Shown in pieces: positions 37,605-41,542 of a stretch of DNA of 41,542 nucleotides. The notes beneath the pieces were generated by a model. It was not told the DNA's origin. It searched no databases and worked only from the letters and a program-made list of their open reading frames with translations. Each line of letters opens with the position of its first letter. Position 1 is the first letter of the stretch. A program made the translations under genes and the position numbers. The stretch lies in NCBI GenBank assembly GCA_964391005.1, contig CAYMJB010000001.1, positions 1 through 41,542 of the forward strand, given 5' to 3'. This DNA is from an uncultured archaeon (GTDB lineage: Archaea > Nanohalarchaeota > Nanosalinia > Nanosalinales > Nanosalinaceae).

Positions 37605-37905
37605 GGTTGAAAACATGGCCTTGAATAATACGATGCTCACCGGAAACATGTCAGGGGATCTGGTGAGAGCTAACCATACCAATAACAAGGCCAAGACCTT
37701 CTCCATTATCTATCAACCAGCTTAAAGCGGGATGAAGTCTTGGCCCAAACCACATGGGTCATGCACCGACCGCGAAAACTAAAACCAAATTAACAGGTTC
37801 TTCATTCTGCCTCTATGGAACATGGCAATGAAGACCTCTGGATGGTATACTGCTGGCAAGGTGGTATATCATCCACGGGCCATATCATAAGATCTCTATT
37901 CAACC
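37605..37905 (+). ncRNA. Candidate ~300-nt structured non-coding RNA or leader of unknown class
   Basis: End-closing helix GGTTGAA/TTCAACC, at least six internal helices (one of 15 bp with three G-U pairs favouring the + strand), a TATA-like CTTAAA ~21 nt upstream and no long ORF. Confidence 0.6.
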
Positions 37906-37942
37906 TACAGGAACACAAAAAACAAAGAGGTGCAACCAAAAA

Positions 37943-38059
37943 ATGAATGCAAACGTAAAAGACTTCGAAGCAGAGCTCCTGGCTCAGGCAGAAGACGCAC
38001 TAAGAAGAACAACACAGCTCAGCCCTGAAGCAGAAGTCGTAACCGCCACAGCACTCTAG
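37943..38059 (+). CDS. 38-aa small protein MNANVKDFEAELLAQAEDALRRTTQLSPEAEVVTATAL
   Basis: SD GAGGTG 37927-32; genome-typical GCA/GAA/GAC codons; stop abuts the convergent gene's stop. Confidence 0.6.
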   Translation: MNANVKDFEAELLAQAEDALRRTTQLSPEAEVVTATAL

Positions 38060-38060
38060 C

Positions 38061-38543
38061 CTAGTCTTGGTTACCATAGGACGCTGATTCAAAGGCAGCC
38101 CAGCCATTTGCCATAGAATCAAGCACAGAGGTAAATGACTTGGCAGGTTTTACGAGCTTACGGCGACCCTTAGAACCCTCTCTCGAATCCCGATACTCCA
38201 AATATTCGTACTTTATAACACCAAGGCGCCGTAACTTGGGGAGAATCTTGTTCTTCAGATTTGATTTTCCCTTCTCATGACCCCACTCATCAAAAGCATT
38301 CAGCTTCTCAGAATCTATACTTCCCTCGTCTTTAAGCTCCCTAAGGAAGATTTTTGCATACTTGTTCCTCTTAGGAGACTGCTCCTCCGGAAAAAACAAA
38401 TCAACAATCTTCTCCCAGTTCCAAGCTCTCTCACTCTTCTTAAACTTTTGCTCGTCTTCAGGAATCGCAATACTATGCTTAGTCACGATAGTAGAAGTTT
38501 TCCTAGCAGTCTCATCTACAAAAGGATGTTCATCTTCAGACAT
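38061..38543 (-). CDS. Winged-helix-like putative DNA-binding protein
   Basis: Recognition-helix/wing pattern KSNLKNKILPKLRRLGVIK...GRRKLVKP followed by an amphipathic helix. Confidence 0.75.
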   Translation of the reverse strand: MSEDEHPFVDETARKTSTIVTKHSIAIPEDEQKFKKSERAWNWEKIVDLFFPEEQSPKRNKYAKIFLRELKDEGSIDSEKLNAFDEWGHEKGKSNLKNKILPKLRRLGVIKYEYLEYRDSREGSKGRRKLVKPAKSFTSVLDSMANGWAAFESASYGNQD

Positions 38544-38577
38544 GACAGAACATAAAATAAAGGAGGTATAAAAGAAC

Positions 38578-38739
38578 TTACTTGAGAGCTCCAGAAATCT
38601 TGCCTAAAACCGCTGTAGCTCCTGCAAAACTAAATATGACTGCAATCCAGCTCAAAGAAAACAATATAAAAGCAAATAGGCTCGCCGAACTGCCCGAAGA
38701 ACTGAACTGCAGGAACGGAAGTGAAACAGTAATATCCAT
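38578..38739 (-). CDS. 53-aa small membrane protein MDITVSLPFLQFSSSGSSASLFAFILFSLSWIAVIFSFAGATAVLGKISGALK
   Basis: ATG at 38739 and TAA at 38578; hydrophobic; fills the gap before the wHTH gene. Below the ORF-track size cutoff. Confidence 0.55.
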   Translation of the reverse strand: MDITVSLPFLQFSSSGSSASLFAFILFSLSWIAVIFSFAGATAVLGKISGALK

Positions 38740-38839
38740 ATTGAATCAAACCGTATCTCTAATTTTTAAACAAAGCTCAAGCAGGCACCGATACCTGAGA
38801 TATTGGAAATTTTTGAAGATTAGCTCTGTCTAATAACTT

Positions 38840-39352
38840 ATGGACTATAATAATCTCTCTAGAGAAAAACTAATTGAAGCACTCGAAACAATGGAGACAG
38901 AGCTAGAAAAAGAGAGAAATGAGAAACAGGAATTTGAAGAACTTGCCAAGAAAAACAAGGCCGACCTAGAAAACTACAAGAAAAAACAGGACGAAAGAAA
39001 GGAAAGATGGCAAAACCTCGCAAAAGAGGAACTAGCCGAGGACCTAATAGAGGTCATAGATAACCTCGAGAGAGCATTAGAAGCCGCAGACGAGGAAACC
39101 GCCGTAGTCCAAGGAGTTGATATGGTGAAAGACCAGTTATATCAAACACTAAACGCTGAGGGCCTAGAAGTCATCGAGACAGGTGAAGAGTTTAATCCAG
39201 AGATGCACAAAGCCGTTGAAACCAGAGAACACGAAGAATACGAACCCAAAACCATTCTTGAAGAGAAGAGAAAAGGATACATGTACGGTGATAAAGTGTT
39301 GAGGCCAGCTGAAGTAGTAGTTGTGGACGAAAATAATGAAGATCAAGCCTGA
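38840..39352 (+). CDS. grpE: Nucleotide exchange factor GrpE
   Basis: ADLENYKK, DNLERAL, FNPEMHKAV and KGY...VLRPAEVVV. Confidence 0.97.
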   Translation: MDYNNLSREKLIEALETMETELEKERNEKQEFEELAKKNKADLENYKKKQDERKERWQNLAKEELAEDLIEVIDNLERALEAADEETAVVQGVDMVKDQLYQTLNAEGLEVIETGEEFNPEMHKAVETREHEEYEPKTILEEKRKGYMYGDKVLRPAEVVVVDENNEDQA

Positions 39353-39405
39353 TAACTGATCTTGTATACTTCAACTACGCTTCAACTCTGGCTATTTCAA
39401 ACAGC

Positions 39406-39453
39406 ACCGTTTAAAAATTTTTATTCACGTAAACAAAAACATAGTACAGGTGA
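39406..39453 (+). promoter_or_regulatory. dnaK promoter with shared element and SD
   Basis: TTTTTATTCACGTAAACAAAAA (39418-39) is identical to 23134-55; SD AGGTGA 39448-53. Confidence 0.7.
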
Positions 39454-39461
39454 ACTCAAAC

Positions 39462-41381
39462 ATGAGCAACATTATAGGTATCGACCTAGGAACAACAAGA
39501 AGCGCAATGGCGCACATAGAAGACGGAGAACCAAAAGTAATAGAAAACAAGGAAGGTGAAAGAGTAACACCTTCAGTAGTAGGCTTTGACGACGGGGAGA
39601 GACTTGTCGGAAAGCCTGCAAAGAACCAGCTCTTGACCAACGAAGAGGACACAGTCAAGTCCATCAAGAGACACATGGGAGAGGACTACGAAGTCGAACT
39701 TGACGGAGACGACTACACACCGCAGGAAGTCTCCTCTATGATTCTGCAGAAGCTGAAGCAGGACGCCGAAGACAAGATGGGAGATGAAGTAGAAAAGGCA
39801 GTAATTACAGTGCCTGCACACTTTGACGACACGCAGAGACAGGCGACCAAGGACGCAGCGGAGATTGCAGGTCTTGAAGCTGAGAGAATACTGAACGAGC
39901 CGACCGCAGCCGCAATGGCATATGGGCTGGACGACGACCGCGAGAAAACAATCCTAGTATACGACTTCGGAGGAGGAACCTTCGACGTCACAGTCCTGGA
40001 AATCGGAGACGGAATCTACGAAGTACAGAGCACAGAAGGAGACAACAACCTAGGAGGAGACGACTTTGACCAAGAGATAGTCGACTACCTGCTTGAAGAG
40101 TTTGAGGACGAAAACGGCATTGATCTAAGTCAAAACGACGAAGCCATGCAGAGACTGAGGGAAAACGCTGAGGAAGCTAAAAAAGAGCTTTCCTCACGTG
40201 AATCAACAAAAATCAGCATACCATTCATCTATCAGGAAGACGGAGACACATACAACCTAGATCAAGAACTAACAAGATCAAAATTCGAAAGCCTGGTAGA
40301 AGATCTCGTACAGAGAACCACAGACCCTACACAGAAAGCCATGGACGACGCAGGTGTAGACAGCTCAGATCTTGACGAAGTCATCCTAGTAGGAGGAACA
40401 ACCAGAGTGCCTGCCGTGCGTGAACACGTTCAGGCAATTACCGGTCAAGAACCAAACAAGGAGGTTAATCCTGCAGAAGCAGTGGCAGACGGAGCAGCAA
40501 TCCAGGCGGGAAGCATAACAGGGGAAATGGACGACATCCTATTACTGGATGTAGCCCCTCTAAGCCTTGGAGTAGAGGTCAAAGGCGGCTTAACGGAGAC
40601 ACTGATTGAGGAAAACACCACAATACCTGCGGAAGAATCCAAGACATTTACAACAGCACAGGACAGCCAATCCGTTGTAACTGTACACGTCGTGCAGGGA
40701 GAAAGAGAGATGGCAAGCGACAACAAGTCTCTCGGACAGTTCAACCTCGAAGGCATTCCACCTGCACCGGCAGGACAGCCACAGATCGAAGTAACGTTTG
40801 AGATAGATGCAGACGGCATCCTCAACGTCTCCGCCGAGGAAAAACAGTCAGGCGAATCAGCCTCAATCACCATAGAAGATCAGGCACGTCTAGACGAAGA
40901 CGAAATTGAGGAAATGAAGGAAGAAGCTGAGAAACACGCTGAAGAAGATCAGAAGCGTAGAGAGTTCATCGAAGCCAAGAACAAGGCCGACCAGCTTATC
41001 TCACAGGCCCGCGACCAGATCGAAGAACACGGAGAAGAAGTAGATGACTCCGTTGTAGAAGGAATTGAGATGAAGATAGACGAACTTGAAGACTTCAGAG
41101 AAGACGACCTCGAGCTCGAGGACAAAGAGGAGCTTGAAGAGAAAGTGGAAGACCTTGAAGAGAAGCTCCAGGAGATCGGCCAAGAAATCTACGGCGGCGA
41201 AGGAGGCGCTCCCGGCGGAATGGGAGGCATGGGAGGAATGGATCCCTCAAACATGGACCCGGAAGACCTCAAAGAAGCAGCCGAAAAGATGAACATGGGA
41301 CAAGGCAACCCAGGAAACGGAGACGAGGTTGTGGACGCAGATTACGAAGAAGTAGACACTGACGAAGACGAAGAAAAATAG
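39462..41381 (+). CDS. dnaK: Chaperone DnaK (Hsp70)
   Basis: [29 protein letters not shown] and [12 protein letters not shown]. Confidence 0.99.
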   Translation: MSNIIGIDLGTTRSAMAHIEDGEPKVIENKEGERVTPSVVGFDDGERLVGKPAKNQLLTNEEDTVKSIKRHMGEDYEVELDGDDYTPQEVSSMILQKLKQDAEDKMGDEVEKAVITVPAHFDDTQRQATKDAAEIAGLEAERILNEPTAAAMAYGLDDDREKTILVYDFGGGTFDVTVLEIGDGIYEVQSTEGDNNLGGDDFDQEIVDYLLEEFEDENGIDLSQNDEAMQRLRENAEEAKKELSSRESTKISIPFIYQEDGDTYNLDQELTRSKFESLVEDLVQRTTDPTQKAMDDAGVDSSDLDEVILVGGTTRVPAVREHVQAITGQEPNKEVNPAEAVADGAAIQAGSITGEMDDILLLDVAPLSLGVEVKGGLTETLIEENTTIPAEESKTFTTAQDSQSVVTVHVVQGEREMASDNKSLGQFNLEGIPPAPAGQPQIEVTFEIDADGILNVSAEEKQSGESASITIEDQARLDEDEIEEMKEEAEKHAEEDQKRREFIEAKNKADQLISQARDQIEEHGEEVDDSVVEGIEMKIDELEDFREDDLELEDKEELEEKVEDLEEKLQEIGQEIYGGEGGAPGGMGGMGGMDPSNMDPEDLKEAAEKMNMGQGNPGNGDEVVDADYEEVDTDEDEEK

Positions 41382-41392
41382 TGTCTGAAAAC

Positions 41393-41430
41393 GGGAGGCA
41401 AAAACCTCCCTACACATTCCATATTTTCTT
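41393..41430 (+). terminator. Hairpin plus T-tract between dnaK and dnaJ
   Basis: GGGAGG(41393-98)/CCTCCC(41405-10) followed by ATTTTCTT. Confidence 0.45.
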
Positions 41431-41456
41431 GAGACAGCAAAGGAGAAGACAAATAT

Positions 41457-41542
41457 ATGACAAAAGAGTACTATGAAATTCTAGGAGTAGACGAAGACGC
41501 AAGTCAAGACGAAATCAAGAAGGCCTACAGGAAGAAGGCGAA
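41457..41542 (+). CDS. dnaJ: Chaperone DnaJ, N-terminal J-domain (truncated by the window edge)
   Basis: [28 protein letters not shown] directly after dnaK. Confidence 0.95.
   Translation, partial: MTKEYYEILGVDEDASQDEIKKAYRKKA

Noticed and set aside
37596..37706. Minus-strand 36-aa hydrophobic ORF MEKVLALLLVWLALTRSPDMFPVSIVLFKAMFSTTN (type I toxin-like, antisense to the RNA)
   Set aside because: No SD. Hydrophobic frames arise easily on the T-rich minus strand, and most G-U pairs favour a + strand RNA. Not fully excluded.
37605..37905. Assignment as RNase P, SRP or 5S rRNA
   Set aside because: Only weak echoes (GAUGAAGUC, CAUAA...CUAU, GUCAGG). No canonical P4 pairing, no SRP helix-8 motif and no 5S loop C consensus, so the RNA is left unassigned.
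37935..38059. tmRNA-like resume context (AAAAAATGAAT-GCA-AAC) and an Ala-rich C-terminus downstream of a large structured RNA
   Set aside because: No tRNA-like domain (G3-U70 acceptor stem, T-loop, terminal CCA). The -4 position is G rather than the conserved A, and the ORF has its own SD and ATG. tmRNA is not known in archaea.
38582..38833. 83-aa + strand ORF
   Set aside because: TTG start and non-acidic composition; it is the antisense shadow of the 53-aa minus-strand membrane ORF and of the promoter region.
41200..41245. GGM/GGAATG repeats
   Set aside because: Ordinary Gly-Met-rich DnaK C-terminal tail.
1532..41292. Numerous Ser/Phe/Leu-rich antisense and alternative-frame ORFs in the track (e.g. 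1532-2221, 20022-20585, 23506-24117, 40445-40873)
   Set aside because: They are shadows of Glu/Asp/Lys-rich genes on the opposite strand or frame, with no motifs.

Overview
This is a compact, gene-dense archaeal window with a strongly acidic proteome and mostly leaderless, TATA-proximal starts. It is most consistent with a Nanohaloarchaeota (DPANN) chromosome; that is an inference from gene content and composition, with no database search. Core genes are ftsZ, secE-spt5-rpl11-rpl1-rpl10, rpl12, alaS, hsp20, ybaK, tyrS, serS, topA (with a 503-aa LAGLIDADG intein), radB, cdc48, a DsbA-like protein, map, malic enzyme, an ACD-like protein, ogg, a Na+/Ca2+ exchanger, polB, a metallophosphoesterase, a histone, a YprB-like exonuclease and grpE-dnaK-dnaJ (partial). 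Five signals stand out. (1) An unannotated ~300-nt highly structured RNA candidate (37605-37905) has paired ends, G-U-containing helices and two mutually exclusive folds, and one loop is complementary to the SD of a downstream 38-aa ORF. (2) A shared promoter element is identical over 22 bp upstream of dnaK and the cdc48 operon and degenerate upstream of hsp20; a Cas2-fold-like small gene heads the cdc48 operon, so this may be a novel heat-shock regulon. (3) A three-gene insert splits rpl10 from rpl12: a twin-arginine trypsin-like protease, a membrane protein and a degenerate LAGLIDADG/HTH protein. (4) Two apparent pseudo-enzymes occur: an ACD lacking both phospho-His motifs next to malic enzyme, and an Ogg lacking the catalytic Asp. 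(5) A small four-way-junction RNA candidate lies between tyrS and serS. All RNA folds were derived by eye and need computational confirmation.
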